DNA of 64,000 nucleotides from Eledone cirrhosa. Lineage: Eukaryota. The notes beneath the pieces are model-generated. The model was not told where the DNA came from, did no database searches, and saw only the letters and a list, made by a program, of their open reading frames with translations. A program made the position numbers and the translations under genes. Of this stretch, positions 12,093 to 25,464 are shown in pieces (position 1 is the first letter of the stretch; the number at the start of each line of letters is the position of its first letter). Location: the NCBI GenBank assembly GCA_964016885.1, contig OZ024742.1, positions 20,088,001 to 20,152,000 on the forward strand, in the 5' to 3' direction.

Positions 12093-12098
<6 letters not shown>
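11616..12098. mobile_element. Family-B hammerhead element with inverted arms in (TA)n; other copies at 16672-17050, 25159-25845 and 30843-31620
   Basis: Repeated terminus acggaaaaaatgaaacgaaatttcattt. Inverted arms share gtacgtctgtatacatatatgtatgtacg. Confidence 0.85.
11842..11882 (+). ncRNA. Minimal type-I hammerhead ribozyme (family B)
   Basis: cguug CUGACGA u AGCU aaua AGCU u GAAAC UA GUA caucg, with palindromic stem III ACUAGU. Confidence 0.8.
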
Positions 12099-12171
<73 letters not shown>

Positions 12172-12194
12172 ATATGTATACACACACATATATA

Positions 12195-12242
<48 letters not shown>

Positions 12243-12308
12243 CATACATACAGAGAGACTAGGTTATGTTTGTGTGTATAATATCTATATATCTATATAT
12301 ATATATAT

Positions 12309-12395
<87 letters not shown>

Positions 12396-12974
12396 TGTGT
12401 GTGAAGCCAGTGCTATTATTATTACTAATACCACTACTACTACTACCGCCACCAACAAGAACGACAGTCACAACAACAACATTACTATCAACACTACCAA
12501 TCCCAACTTACTGTTATAATTGTTTAATCCCAAGTCCTTCTTGATAAAAGACATTCCAAGCGTGACCATCCCCTATTTCATTCAAACTATATCTAGGACT
12601 GGGCTATATTATAAAATGTGCTCTTTCTGTTATTAAAATAGTTAAAATAAAGTACCTGTGAGCAGGGACCTCGTTTGCCTTAAAAATGTGAGGGGTATAA
12701 ACCAACATTTGTTGATTCTTAAAGGAGCATGTTAGTATTACTTATGGGGCCTTTCCTGGACCCTATCACATAAGTAACATTTTACACGAATTAAATTTTA
12801 TATATTCAAATGAAGTTCAGATATAAAAAAATAAGCTTAAAAAGAATTTATTATATCAAATAAACAAAAAATAAAACATAGACGTTTGAAAAAGGGGTGG
12901 GGACTTGTCCCCTGGTACAAGGCCCTTGCCAGTGAGGCAGCGAGGGCAACATTTTTGTGGGGTGGGGTTGTGAG

Positions 12975-13560
12975 GAGGAGGGGGCAGTCGATTATATTGA
13001 CCCCAGTCTTTTACTAGTACTTTATTTTATCAACTCAGGATGAAACACAAAGCTAACCTTGGCAGGAGTTGAACGTAAAGAGACATAACTCTATGCTGCA
13101 AAGCATGTTGTTTGACGTTCTACCGATTAATTGTTTCTACTTTTGGCACAAGGCCAGCAATTAACCCAGTGCATTACTGGTACTTTGTTTATCGACCCCG
13201 TAAGGATGAAAGGAAAAGTTAACCACGGCGGGATTTGAACTCAGACCGTAAAGAGGCGTAACTCTATGCTGGAAAGCATGGCGTCCGACTCTCTACCGAT
13301 ACAGCCAATTCACCGCCCTACCTGTTGTCTGACGCTCTACCGATTAATGCCAATCAATCACTATCAAGGGTTTCTGATTTAGGCACTAGGCCAACAATTT
13401 TGAGAGAGGGCAAAGTCAAATAAATCTGCCCTAGTTTATTACTGGTACTTTATATCATCGAACCCGTAAAGTTGAATGGCAAAGCTAACTTAGGCGGGAT
13501 TTGAACTCAAACACTGCAAGGCATTTTCTCCTACGTTCTAACAATTCTGTCTACACGCCA
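12975..13560 (-). mobile_element. Cluster of tRNA-derived SINEs, one (13132-13318) nested in another with a ~26-bp TSD
   Basis: A/B boxes on the minus strand. tgttgt(t/c)tgacg(t/c)tctaccgattaat is duplicated at ~13105 and ~13323. Confidence 0.8.
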
Positions 13561-13723
13561 TCCTTTAAAAAACTTGTTAAAATAACAAGAGTTTTGTGTA
13601 AGAAACGGGTGTATCACATGACCTGAACTATGACGTCACTAGGTGGGGAAACACTGCAGTTAGTTTGGCGCTCAACCAGCAACGGCGGCATCTTGTATAA
13701 CAGTTACCGTCAATGGCAATAGG

Positions 13724-14450
13724 AACAACAACAACAACAACTACTACTACTACTACTGCTGCTCCTGCTACTACTGCTACTACTGCTACTGCTGCTGCTG
13801 CAGTACACAACACTACCGTGCCAACTCCCCTACTTACCACCACCACCACTACCACCCTATCACTACCACCACTACCACCACTACCACCCTATCACTACCA
13901 CCACTACCACCACTACCACCCTATCACTACCACCACTACCACCACTACCACCCTATCACTACCACCACTACCACCACTACCACCCTATCACTACCACCAC
14001 TACCACCACTACCACCACTACCACCACTACCACCACTACCACCACCACCACTAACACCACCACCACCACCACCACCACCACTACATCACCACCACTACCA
14101 CCACTACCACCCTATCACTACCACTACCATCATCACCATCATCACCAATACCATCACCATCATCACCACCATCACCACCATCACCAATACCATCACCATC
14201 ATCACCAATACCATCACCACCATCACCACTACCATCATCACCACCACCACCACCACCATCACCATCACCATCATCACCACTACCATCATCACCATCACCA
14301 TCATCACCATCACCATCATCACCACTGCCATCACCACTACCATCATCCCCATCATCACCATCATCACCGCCATCACCATCATTATCATCACCGCCATCAC
14401 CATCATTATCATCACCATCATCATCATCACCACCAACAACAACAACAGCA
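13724..14450. repeat. Compound trinucleotide microsatellite (CAA/CTA/CTG/CAC/CAT)
   Basis: Directly visible. Confidence 0.9.
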
Positions 14451-14532
14451 GTTAGCGATGTAATCAGTTCTCTCTGGCTGATGAAGTTGGTACGTAATTG
14501 TTTTATTAGTAAATTCAGTAGTATCAGCAAGA

Positions 14533-15358
14533 GTAGAGAGAGAGGGGAGAGATGAAATGGGAGGGTGAGAGAGGAGGAGGGTGAGAGAGGGGTGTGTGAG
14601 AGAGAGAGGGAGTAACAGACAGAGAAAGAGATAAGCAGAGAGAGGGGGGGGGGCGTGACAGAGAGTGACAGAGAGAGAGAGACAGAGACAACGAGAGAGG
14701 AAGAGAGAGACAGAAACAGGGAGAGAAAAAAATAAACAGAGAGAGAGATAGACAGAGAGAAAGAGACAGAGAGAAAGAAAGTGGGAGCGTGACAGACAGT
14801 GAGAGAGAGAGTGAGAGAGAGACAGAGACAACGATAGAGGGAAAGAGAGAGGGAGAGGGAGAGAGAGATAGACAGGGATGGATAGGACAATAGATATATA
14901 GAGAGAGAGGGTATGGGGAGAGAGGCTATGAGGATAGAGAGGGAGGGAGACTTGCAGGAAGGATGTTGTGATGTCCGCTTCCATCAGACGTTGACCTTCA
15001 CACGGAAAACAGCCCACGACAGACCTATAACGCAATACTTACATATACACATACATACATACATATACACATACCTAGATACTTGTATACATACATATTT
15101 ACATACATAGATACTTGTATACATACATATTTACATACATACATACATACATATACATACATACATACGTATACATACTTATATACATACATACATATAC
15201 ATATTTATATACACATACATACATATACGTACATACTTATATACATACATACATACATACATATACATACATATATACATATATACATACATATAAACAT
15301 GCATACATACATATATACATATATACAAACATACTTATATAAATACACATATATACGT

Positions 15359-15389
<31 letters not shown>

Positions 15390-15520
15390 CACACACACAT
15401 TTAGATTTATATATATATATATATATATGTATATATGCTATTTATATATACACACATTATATATATCTATATATCTACAGTGTGTGTGTATATATTTATA
15501 TATATATAGTATAATATATA
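14533..15520. repeat. GA-rich then (TACA/TA)-rich low-complexity tracts
   Basis: Directly visible. Confidence 0.85.
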
Positions 15521-15527
15521 GTACAAT

Positions 15528-15660
15528 ACTGTGACGTCATTGGTAGAGTTCAGAAGCGGCCGACACAGATCCGTCCGTTCTCGCTTTACCCGCGTGATGT
15601 TAGTTAAAAAGACGTGAATTACTACATGTGATTCCCACTTCACGTGTCCTATCGTAAATC
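15528..15660. promoter_or_regulatory. Candidate regulatory island (CRE, inverted CCAAT, E-box)
   Basis: TGACGTCA at 15532 directly followed by ATTGG; CACGTG at 15641; CpG-rich unique sequence between microsatellites. Confidence 0.3.
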
Positions 15661-16644
15661 TTGTACTAAACTACCTTGAAATATTTTTATCTCTTCCTCC
15701 CTCTCATTCTCTTTTCCTTTCTCTACCCACTCCTCTCTATTTATCCCTTACTTTGTCACTCTCTCACTCTCTCTTCCCCTTTCTCTATATGTCCATTTGT
15801 CTCTCTCTCTCTCTTTCTCTCTTTCTCTTTCTTTCTCTCTTTCCCTATTTATCATTCATATCTTTTTCACAAACATGATTCTCTCTTTCTTTTCTTCGTG
15901 TGTTTTTCTATCATTTCTATCACTGCTTTGCTTTCTTGCACTCTCTCTTTCCCCTTCTCTCTCTTTCTATAATCCTTTTCCTCTCACCCACTCTTTCTAC
16001 CGCCCCCTTTCTCTTCCTTTATAATCTCTCTCTCTCTCCCTCCCCCTCTCCCCCTTCTCTCTCTCTGCTTTATTTCTCCTCTAATCCCCCTCATTTTCCC
16101 TCCCAATACTTCTGGCAATGTTTATAGTCGCCCCACTTTCTTAACAGATCCCTTTACTTCACTCAATCCTTCTCCTTTCCTTCTTCCCCTCCCGTCTTTC
16201 ACCATTCTCTCTCTCTACCTCTTTGTCTGCCTGTCTCTCTATCTGTCTACGAGTCAGTCAGTTAACGTCTGCGCTAAATATGTACTTTCAAGGGCGGTGA
16301 ATTAACAAAAAGCATACTATGCCAGAGGAAATGTATTGCGGTATATAGTTCAAATCCAGCCCAGGTCAATATTGTTTTTAAAACTTCCGGAGTCGGTTGA
16401 ATAATGTACCAATTAAGTACTATGGTAGGTAGAACTATTTATACCTCTCCCGATATATTAAAACTTACAACATATATTCCAGTACTGTTGTAGTTTTAAA
16501 TACTTTACTCCATTTCCTGTGCTAACCACTGGTTACCACATCCACGATGGGTGACGTCCGTAATGTCGAGTACTTTGAAAATTCGTTGCATCATGATTTG
16601 CCTACCAGAACCACCAGTTCTACAATTAGCTGATCACAATAACT

Positions 16645-16675
<31 letters not shown>

Positions 16676-16964
16676 GGAAAAAATGAAACGAAATTTCATT
16701 TCTCATCTTAGTACGGCTGTTACTTAAATATAAGTATGTATACGTACATACATATATGTATACAGACGTACATTAGTATGTATATATATATATATATATA
16801 TATACATATATACATACATGCACACACATATATATATATATGTAGGTATGGATTCACCGAACATTTATTATAATGCTCGGTGTGTTTGTAAACAAACATC
16901 CCGAATTAAGCCGTACAGTGTCTAGCAACCATCGTTGCTCATTTGTTAAACACTGACAAAGGAA

Positions 16965-17005
16965 CGCTGTACTAGTTTCAAGCTTATTAGCTATCGTCAG
17001 CAACG
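16965..17005 (-). ncRNA. Minimal hammerhead ribozyme (family B)
   Basis: Reverse complement of CUGACGA uagcuaauaagcuu GAAACUAGUA. Confidence 0.75.
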
Positions 17006-17220
17006 TATACCTTCCTGCCTAATGGTTGAACGTCTGAAAGTATATACTTTCCTTCTGAAATATATATATATTAAAATAACAGATTAAAGTTTAAGCAAAG
17101 AATCGCTGCTTTCACCCTTAGCGGGATAAATATTTGCTTTAGGCTTCTTGTATATTTCATATATATTTTATCCTTATCTAGCCCTCTTTGGATATTAATC
17201 TTCACATTTATTATTATTAC

Positions 17221-17251
<31 letters not shown>

Positions 17252-17257
17252 GCGCGC

Positions 17258-17420
<163 letters not shown>

Positions 17421-17638
17421 AGCAGAATAAATATATAAGTATATAAGCAGAATAAATGGAGAAGGCAATACATTCAACAAGAAAATTTACTTCTTACATC
17501 TACTCAATATCAAAATAACAGTTACACACACACACACATAGGTATATATATGTAAAAGGTAAACAGAAATAACAACACAATCGGTACAGTATAGGGAAGG
17601 GATATATTAGCTTAACGCTTGATATAGCAGGAAGGGGC

Positions 17639-17674
17639 TGATAACGTTTCGGACGCTAGTCCTTCATCAGAAGA
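17639..17674 (-). ncRNA. Minimal hammerhead ribozyme (family D)
   Basis: ucuu CUGAUGA a GGAC uagc GUCC GAAAC GUU. Stem I is degenerate in this copy. Confidence 0.65.
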
Positions 17675-18330
17675 AAGAATGTCTTTAGATAAAAATAACA
17701 GGCCCATATATATATAATTGGATATATGAGAAGGATGAACACAGATATAACTATACATGTGTCCCAATTACAAACGACCAAGTTGATATATATATATATA
17801 TATATTGTTATATTTGGGGAGGGTCATATTTGCGTAATATTGCCAGAATTAATAACAGAACACACTCACTGTTTGGTTGGTTTTCGCTTCTCGCTGTCTT
17901 TTATATATATATATCTGCGATCTAACTTACTCGGTCCTCAATGTTGCCATTGACTGACCGGCGGTCAAAAATAATACAGATACAATATAGACAAACACAT
18001 ATATATATAGTTTACATAATTTACATAAATCTTTCGTTGCACATCTGCAACATCGTCAGTGGTGTTATATTCATTGTTCCTCCTGTTGTGTTGTATGTCT
18101 ACGCCATTTTTTTGTTCAGTCTGTCTATATATTTATTTATTTATTTGCTTGTTTGTTTATCTTATTTTATTTTGTCTTCTTTGCGCATGCGTTTGCGTGT
18201 GTGTATAGTGTTATGTGTGATGTGTGACTAGTGTGTATAGTGTTGTGTCTGCTGGGTGACTAGTGTGTGTTTATGTGCTTGTGTATGTATTTATTTATCT
18301 TATTTTATTTAATTTAATTTACTTATTTAT

Positions 18331-19593
18331 TTATACTTCTCTTAGGTCAGTGTTGTTTGTTTGGGTGTTGTTGTTGTTCCACTCATTCTTTCTGTTTAGC
18401 TTTGGTCTTCTAATTTCTATTTCACTGGCCTCTCTGATTTGCCTATCTGCTGGGTCATTCCTATGTTTAGATATTATTCTAATTTCTATGTTGTCTATGT
18501 TACCGTCATGTTGTTGTCTAGCATGTTCGTATAGTACTGACCCGTTTTTTCGTCCTTTTAGTTCCCCCCAGTGTTGGTCTATCCTTTCACCTATGCTACG
18601 AGCTGTCTCACCTATGTATGTTGTTGTCGTGTTTCTGCAAGTACCCTCTGTACATCTTATGCTATAGACTACGTTTCTAGTTTTACAGTTTATCCGGGGG
18701 TTCACCTTACATATGATACATTTCCTATTGGTACAGTGGGTTTTCTTAAAAGGGTAGGTTTTGCTGATCAGGGATTTTATGGTGGTTCCTGGCTTTTCTA
18801 CCACCTTTATTTTTAAGTGGGTCTTTCTCAGGGCCTTTCTACACTGGTTAGCTAATTTCCCTCCAGGGGTGGCGTCCACAAACATGACACTCTGATATCT
18901 CTGGTTGTCGTACCATGATGTGGCCTTCCCTATCTTATGTCTAGCCCTATCTAAGCTATTCCATGATTTGCTCCTGTATAGTGGGCAAATTCCTTTCATG
19001 TCCAGTTCTATGAGGGTCTTATACTTTTCCATGGCTCCTTCGTATACTCTGACTCTGTCTCTTTGGTTGTAGCCAGAGAACTGCATGCGGTTGATGAAGT
19101 GTTGGATGTGTCCTTCCATTTCTGTTGGGTCGCACATGCTGGACACATTCTTCATCACTCGTACCAAATCTGCGATCAGAATATTAAACTTAGCACTACT
19201 GGACATTGCTGAGTTTTTGAGTATCAGGTATTTGGAGGCCATGGGTTTAGCATAGTGTGAGTGGAGAATTTGGGCTCTCTCGTCTATAGTGTTAATCCAG
19301 AGTTCTGTGTCTAATACAGGTAGTCTATTGTTAGGGTGTTTGGAAGGGAAGTCTATAGTTACAGTTATACTCTGGTGTATGGAATTAGCTATCTGCTGGA
19401 TGCTTTCCATCGTGCTACGTTCTAAATCAAACTTGTTAGTGCTCTCTAGTGGGGGTGTTCTTATAGCTATATTGATATCGTCTACATAACGAGAGTACAT
19501 GATGAGGTCTATGGAGCTTTCATTAAGGAGATCTTTAAGTCTCCTTTCCCACCATACCATGAAAAGGTTGGCAACATCACCAGCTATGCTGAC
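18331..19593 (-). pseudogene. Inverted, more truncated duplicate of the PLE RT-GIY-YIG ORF
   Basis: The 409-aa translation is identical to the C-terminal part of the 483-aa ORF. Confidence 0.9.
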
Positions 19594-19713
19594 ACAGACG
19601 AACTGGGCCTCCTACTTAGACTTACCTACGACACTGACTACCTAGACAGCCATGACCTTAGATGTTTCTGCCCTAGTAGACCTATAAGAGGTAGACCCCC
19701 CACCATAACCTCA

Positions 19714-21165
19714 ATGGCTAAAAAGACTCCCATAGGAAGGTGGATTGGGTGGACCAAAGCTATACGGACCCCCCAAAACACTGATCAGGTAAGAAAAATG
19801 GTCGCACATGCAATAGGGGCTAGTATCAAAACTACCCTAAAGGGCCACATATTTAAGTTCAATGAGAAAATCTACACCCAAAATGAGGGAGCAGCCATCG
19901 GCGTCAGCATAGCTGGTGATGTTGCCAACCTTTTCATGGTATGGTGGGAAAGGAGACTTAAAGATCTCCTTAATGAAAGCTCCATAGACCTCATCATGTA
20001 CTCTCGTTATGTAGACGATATCAATATAGCTATAAGAACACCCCCACTAGAGAGCACTAACAAGTTTGATTTAGAACGTAGCACGATGGAAAGCATCCAG
20101 CAGATAGCTAATTCCATACACCAGAGTATAACTGTAACTATAGACTTCCCTTCCAAACACCCTAACAATAGACTACCTGTATTAGACACAGAACTCTGGA
20201 TTAACACTATAGACGAGAGAGCCCAAATTCTCCACTCACACTATGCTAAACCCATGGCCTCCAAATACCTGATACTCAAAAACTCAGCAATGTCCAGTAG
20301 TGCTAAGTTTAATATTCTGATCGCAGATTTGGTACGAGTGATGAAGAATGTGTCCAGCATGTGCGACCCAACAGAAATGGAAGGACACATCCAACACTTC
20401 ATCAACCGCATGCAGTTCTCTGGCTACAACCAAAGAGACAGAGTCAGAGTATACGAAGGAGCCATGGAAAAGTATAAGACCCTCATAGAACTGGACATGA
20501 AAGGAATTTGCCCACTATACAGGAGCAAATCATGGAATAGCTTAGATAGGGCTAGACATAAGATAGGGAAGGCCACATCATGGTACGACAACCAGAGATA
20601 TCAGAGTGTCATGTTTGTGGACGCCACCCCTGGAGGGAAATTAGCTAACCAGTGTAGAAAGGCCCTGAGAAAGACCCACTTAAAAATAAAGGTGGTAGAA
20701 AAGCCAGGAACCACCATAAAATCCCTGATCAGCAAAACCTACCCTTTTAAGAAAACCCACTGTACCAATAGGAAATGTATCATATGTAAGGTGAACCCCC
20801 GGATAAACTGTAAAACTAGAAACGTAGTCTATAGCATAAGATGTACAGAGGGTACTTGCAGAAACACGACAACAACATACATAGGTGAGACAGCTCGTAG
20901 CATAGGTGAAAGGATAGACCAACACTGGGGGGAACTAAAAGGACGAAAAAACGGGTCAGTACTATACGAACATGCTAGACAACAACATGACGGTAACATA
21001 GACAACATAGAAATTAGAATAATATCTAAACATAGGAATGACCCAGCAGATAGGCAAATCAGAGAGGCCAGTGAAATAGAAATTAGAAGACCAAAGCTAA
21101 ACAGAAAGAATGAGTGGAACAACAACAACACCCAAACAAACAACACTGACCTAAGAGAAGTATAA
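19714..21165 (+). CDS. PLE reverse transcriptase + C-terminal GIY-YIG endonuclease (5'-truncated; frame appears open from ~19594)
   Basis: YTQNEGAAIG, RYVDD, LPVLD, Cys linker (C...C..C.....C), VVYSIRC...YIGETARS..ERI..H and REA.EI. Confidence 0.93.
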   Translation: MAKKTPIGRWIGWTKAIRTPQNTDQVRKMVAHAIGASIKTTLKGHIFKFNEKIYTQNEGAAIGVSIAGDVANLFMVWWERRLKDLLNESSIDLIMYSRYVDDINIAIRTPPLESTNKFDLERSTMESIQQIANSIHQSITVTIDFPSKHPNNRLPVLDTELWINTIDERAQILHSHYAKPMASKYLILKNSAMSSSAKFNILIADLVRVMKNVSSMCDPTEMEGHIQHFINRMQFSGYNQRDRVRVYEGAMEKYKTLIELDMKGICPLYRSKSWNSLDRARHKIGKATSWYDNQRYQSVMFVDATPGGKLANQCRKALRKTHLKIKVVEKPGTTIKSLISKTYPFKKTHCTNRKCIICKVNPRINCKTRNVVYSIRCTEGTCRNTTTTYIGETARSIGERIDQHWGELKGRKNGSVLYEHARQQHDGNIDNIEIRIISKHRNDPADRQIREASEIEIRRPKLNRKNEWNNNNTQTNNTDLREV

Positions 21166-21432
21166 ATAAATAAGTAAATTAAATTAAATAAAATAAGATA
21201 AATAAATACATACACAAGCACATAAACACACACTAGTCACCCAGCAGACACAACACTATACACACTAGTCACACATCACACATAACACTATACACACACG
21301 CAAACGCATGCGCAAAGAAGACAAAATAAAATAAGATAAACAAACAAGCAAATAAATAAATAAATATATAGACAGACTGAACAAAAAAATGGCGTAGACA
21401 TACAACACAACAGGAGGAACAATGAATATAAC

Positions 21433-21474
21433 ACCACTGACGATGTTGCAGATGTGCAACGAAAGATTTATGTA
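21433..21474 (+). ncRNA. Hammerhead-like motif in the PLE pLTR (family C; mirror copy 18022-18063 -)
   Basis: CUGACGA u GUUGCA gaug UGCAAC GAAA gauu UA. Stem I is weak. Confidence 0.65.
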
Positions 21475-21748
21475 AATTATGTAAACTATATATATATGTG
21501 TTTGTCTATATTGTATCTGTATTATTTTTGACCGCCGGTCAGTCAATGGCAACATTGAGGACCGAGTAAGTTAGATCGCAGATATATATATATAAAAGAC
21601 AGCGAGAAGCGAAAACCAACCAAACAGTGAGTGTGTTCTGTTATTAATTCTGGCAATATTACGCAAATATGACCCTCCCCAAATATAACAATATCTGTTT
21701 CGACACACGATTTCATATAAAAAACCTCGCAAAACTAATTCATCGCCG

Positions 21749-21829
<81 letters not shown>

Positions 21830-21834
<5 letters not shown>

Positions 21835-22987
21835 TAAAATATATGATAAACACGAAACGTGTTTGCATTGTAACAGACAAAGTTAGCTATTAATGAAATA
21901 AACTAATTAAAGTGAATACAATTTGTCTGCCTCGATATAAGTCAATAAAGACAAGCTTATATTGGCAACGGCCATGATTCCTGGACAGATTTAAATTTCA
22001 AAATCCAAACCTGTTCTGTAGACGAATTTGAACCTCGAAACCTAAATCCGTTTCGCAACGGTGGTATGTGAATTGAAAAATAAAGAGAATCGAAATGGAA
22101 TTGAAATAAAAAGTGAAATATCCAAATCTTCTGTGCTTACCAACAGGAATCCAGTAAAATTAGTACATCTCACATCAAATAATTTGTAGGTCTGACTACA
22201 CGTGTGTAGCCAGGCCAAACTAGCCGTCACGCATTCCCGGTGCTAGAAATAACAGCCGTTTATGCGGGATTAAAGATCAGCTCTACAGTTAAGGAGCAAT
22301 ATACTATATTATATTTTGAGAATAAACTCTCAGTCGTTTACAATAATTAAGCTCCAAGAAAAGGGGCATTTCCGAGCAGTTAAATACATTAAAATATATG
22401 ATAAACACGAAACGTGTTTGCATTGTAACAGACAAAGTTAGCTATTAATGAAATAAACTAATTAAAGTGAAATACAATTTGTCTGCCTCGATATAAGTCA
22501 ATAAAGACAAGCTTATATTGGCAACGGCCATGATTCCTGGACAGATTTAAATTTCAAAATCCAAATCTGTTCTGTAGACGAATTTGAACCTCGAAACCTA
22601 AATCCGTTTCGCAATGGTGGTATGTGAATTGAAAAATAAAGAGAATCGAAATGGAATTGAAATAAAAAGTGAAATATCCAAATCTTCTGTGCTTATCAAC
22701 AGGAATCCAGTAAAATTAGTACATCTCACATCAAAAATGTTGCAGGTCTGACTACACGTGTGTAGCCAGGCCAAATTAGCCGTCACGCATTCCCGGTGCT
22801 ATCGAGACAGACAAATTGTATTCACTTTAATTAGTTTATTTCATTAATAGCTAACTTTGTCTGTTACAATGCAAACACGTTTCGTGTTTCTCATATATTT
22901 TAATGTATTTAACTGCTCGGAAATGCCCCTTTTCTTGGAGCTTAATTATTGTAAACGACTGAGAGTTTATTCTCAAAATATAATATA

Positions 22988-22990
<3 letters not shown>
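21830..22990. mobile_element. Non-coding element with partial tandem (555-bp period) plus inverted segment, in (TA)n
   Basis: 21830-22245 is repeated at 22385-22800. 22803-22990 is the reverse complement of ~22303-22490. Confidence 0.8.
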
Positions 22991-23058
<68 letters not shown>

Positions 23059-23253
23059 CTTTTCCTGAGTTCTGTATTTTCGTTGCTGTGGTAGTGCGGC
23101 TGGACTGCCGACTGCTATATTTGATTTGCTAAGCTGTCTAAACGTATTGTTATTACTCTGGGGTACTATTCCCATTCGAGTACTAAATCTACATACCGAA
23201 TTTGCATTCGTTAGCTTGGCCGCAAACTAAAGCTTCGTTAATGCTGTACTAAA

Positions 23254-23284
<31 letters not shown>

Positions 23285-23709
23285 ACATATAAAATCACTA
23301 TTTAGGGGAGAGAATAAGTCAAACAAACCAAAATAAGAGAGTCTCACTCATATAAACGTCTCCTCTCCATAGTTTCAAAACCGGAAGAAACAGTTGCGGG
23401 TATTTCAAATCACTGGAATAACCAATACTAAAGAATTCGTTTTCTTCGTCATGGGGAGTATTCTTTGGAAAAAGAGGAGTATTAATCATAAAGTGTACAT
23501 CCCATTTCATTGTCATATATGTATAAATATATGAGTTCGGATCCAGCTGGAAAACGGCCGGAGCTCAGCCGTCGGGTACTGAATCTCTTCATATATAAAT
23601 ATAAATATAAATATATTAGCAACATGAATGGACCTGTTATTTTTCTCTGAAAACTTTTTTTCCAATTTCACCCAGCCCGCCCCTTCAATCTTTCTAATTT
23701 CTCATTGTT

Positions 23710-23745
23710 TCTTCTGATGAAGGACTAGCGTCTGAAACGTTAAGA
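23710..23745 (+). ncRNA. Minimal type-I hammerhead ribozyme (family D)
   Basis: ucuu CUGAUGA aGGAC uagc GUCU GAAAC GUU aaga. Stem I ucuu/aaga; palindromic ACGU stem III. Confidence 0.8.
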
Positions 23746-23813
23746 CCCTCTTCCTTCTATTTCAAGCGTTAACCTAATATATTCCTTCCATATACTGTAT
23801 ATACATATGTATA

Positions 23814-23849
<36 letters not shown>

Positions 23850-23946
23850 TGTATGTATGTATGTATGTATGTATGTATGTATGTATGTATGTATGTATGT
23901 ATGTATGCATGCATGTATGTATGTATGTATGTATGTATGTATGTAT

Positions 23947-24316
23947 GGAGAAGGAAAACTCTGATATAACACCTGCAACCCTGATGGTATCCAATGATGT
24001 TGACTTGTTCTTCTTTTTGGTAAGTATCATCTTGGTTAAGAGAGTGGGACTGGCTTTGTGCAGTGCCTTTGCTCACTATAAAAGCTTCACGGCACAGGCA
24101 TTGCTTTATATCTGGAGATCTCTCTGCACTTGTCGTCACATGGTACCATGGGACCAGCACTATGTGTCAATAATTGTCACAAGTGTAGTGTTTGTACCAG
24201 AGTTTTCAAGTCGCTAACTGGACTAAAAAGTCACACTCATTCAGTGCATCGGTAGGGGTTCTCCTACATGGATATAAAGTAGTGGCCGTACTCAAAAACG
24301 AGTTGGCAGCCACCAT
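23947..24316 (+). mobile_element. Degenerate RTE-like LINE 3' end (terminal C2H2-like remnant) with (TATG)n flanks
   Basis: ...C...C.RVF.S..GLKSH..S.H-like remnant. Related ends at 36770-36805 and 37438-37485. Confidence 0.5.
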
Positions 24317-25423
24317 GTATGTATGTATCTATGTATGCATATATGTATGTATGTATGTGTCCGCCTGATTCCGGATATGGGCAAACAACAGTTCACAAGA
24401 CCAGCTCCAGCCAAATATCCAAGCAGTCAGTTCAGTTTGAAAAAAAAAAAAAAAAGTCTGAATTAGTAGCATGAGATAATCCGTTCATTATATCTTCTTC
24501 TTGGCCCACGTATTTCTGGGAGGGTTGTGAAGACATCAGTCACTCTTTCTCGAGGGGTCCTCTCAGACGCAACCATCTCAAAACGATCCAGCTAGATTCT
24601 GAAACGAGTGGTTAGAAGAAAGGGCGACCCTGATCTAAATGCCAACGAAGAGGTCTAATTAGACCTTTGTTCCGGTAAAGGGGACAGAACAAATATAAGA
24701 CATTTTGTTCCATGATCTAACGACTCAATTTGTTGTTTGTAGAGACCAGAATGATTCTGTTTGCATTAGCTATTGTCTGTGTATCTATACATATGTATAC
24801 ATATGTATACATACATAGGTATGCATGAACACATTTTTGTACGTTCACCTGTCTTTACATTGGATTGCCTCGGAAACGTAACCTAATTACATACTATGCT
24901 GTCTGATGATATCGCGTGACTAGTTACATGATTAAACCATCACGTAGTCACATTCCCTATTGAAATATGTATTACAGCTTGGTTAATAAAGTTTTTAAAC
25001 ATCTACACATATACTCCCTCAATGACTGACAAATCATATTTGGAAGAAATACATGATACAGAGTGCTTAATCCGAATTGCATCAATATTCACTGATTAGT
25101 GCGTTGCATACGCAACCTCGTTTAGTCAACATGTTTACCGTAAGTATATATATATATATGGAAAAAATGAAACGAAATTTCATTTCTCACTCTTAGTACG
25201 GCTGTTACTTAAATATAAGTATGTATACGTACATACATATATGTATACAGACGTACAGTAGTATGTATATATATATACATACATGCACACATATATATAT
25301 GTACGTATGGATTTACCGAAGATTTATTATAATGCTCGGTTTGTTTGTAAGCAAACATCCCGAATTAAGCCGTATAGTGTTTAGCAACCATCGTTGCCCT
25401 TTTGTTCAACACTGATAAAGGAA

Positions 25424-25464
25424 CGATGTACTAGTTTCAAGCATATTAGCTATCGTCAGCAACG
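25424..25464 (-). ncRNA. Minimal hammerhead ribozyme (family B)
   Basis: Same motif as 11842-11882, reverse strand. Confidence 0.72.

Larger units (their letters stand above)
17802..21749. mobile_element. Penelope-like element with 1792-bp inverted duplication, inserted in (TA)n
   Basis: 17802-19593 is the reverse complement of 19903-21694 (mirror ORFs give identical translations). Spacer of ~310 bp. 55-nt tail 21695-21749 on the right arm only. Confidence 0.95.

Noticed and set aside
24897-24953. CUGAUGA followed by a hairpin
   Set aside because: The GAAA box reads UAAA and stems I and III are poor; at most a decayed hammerhead.
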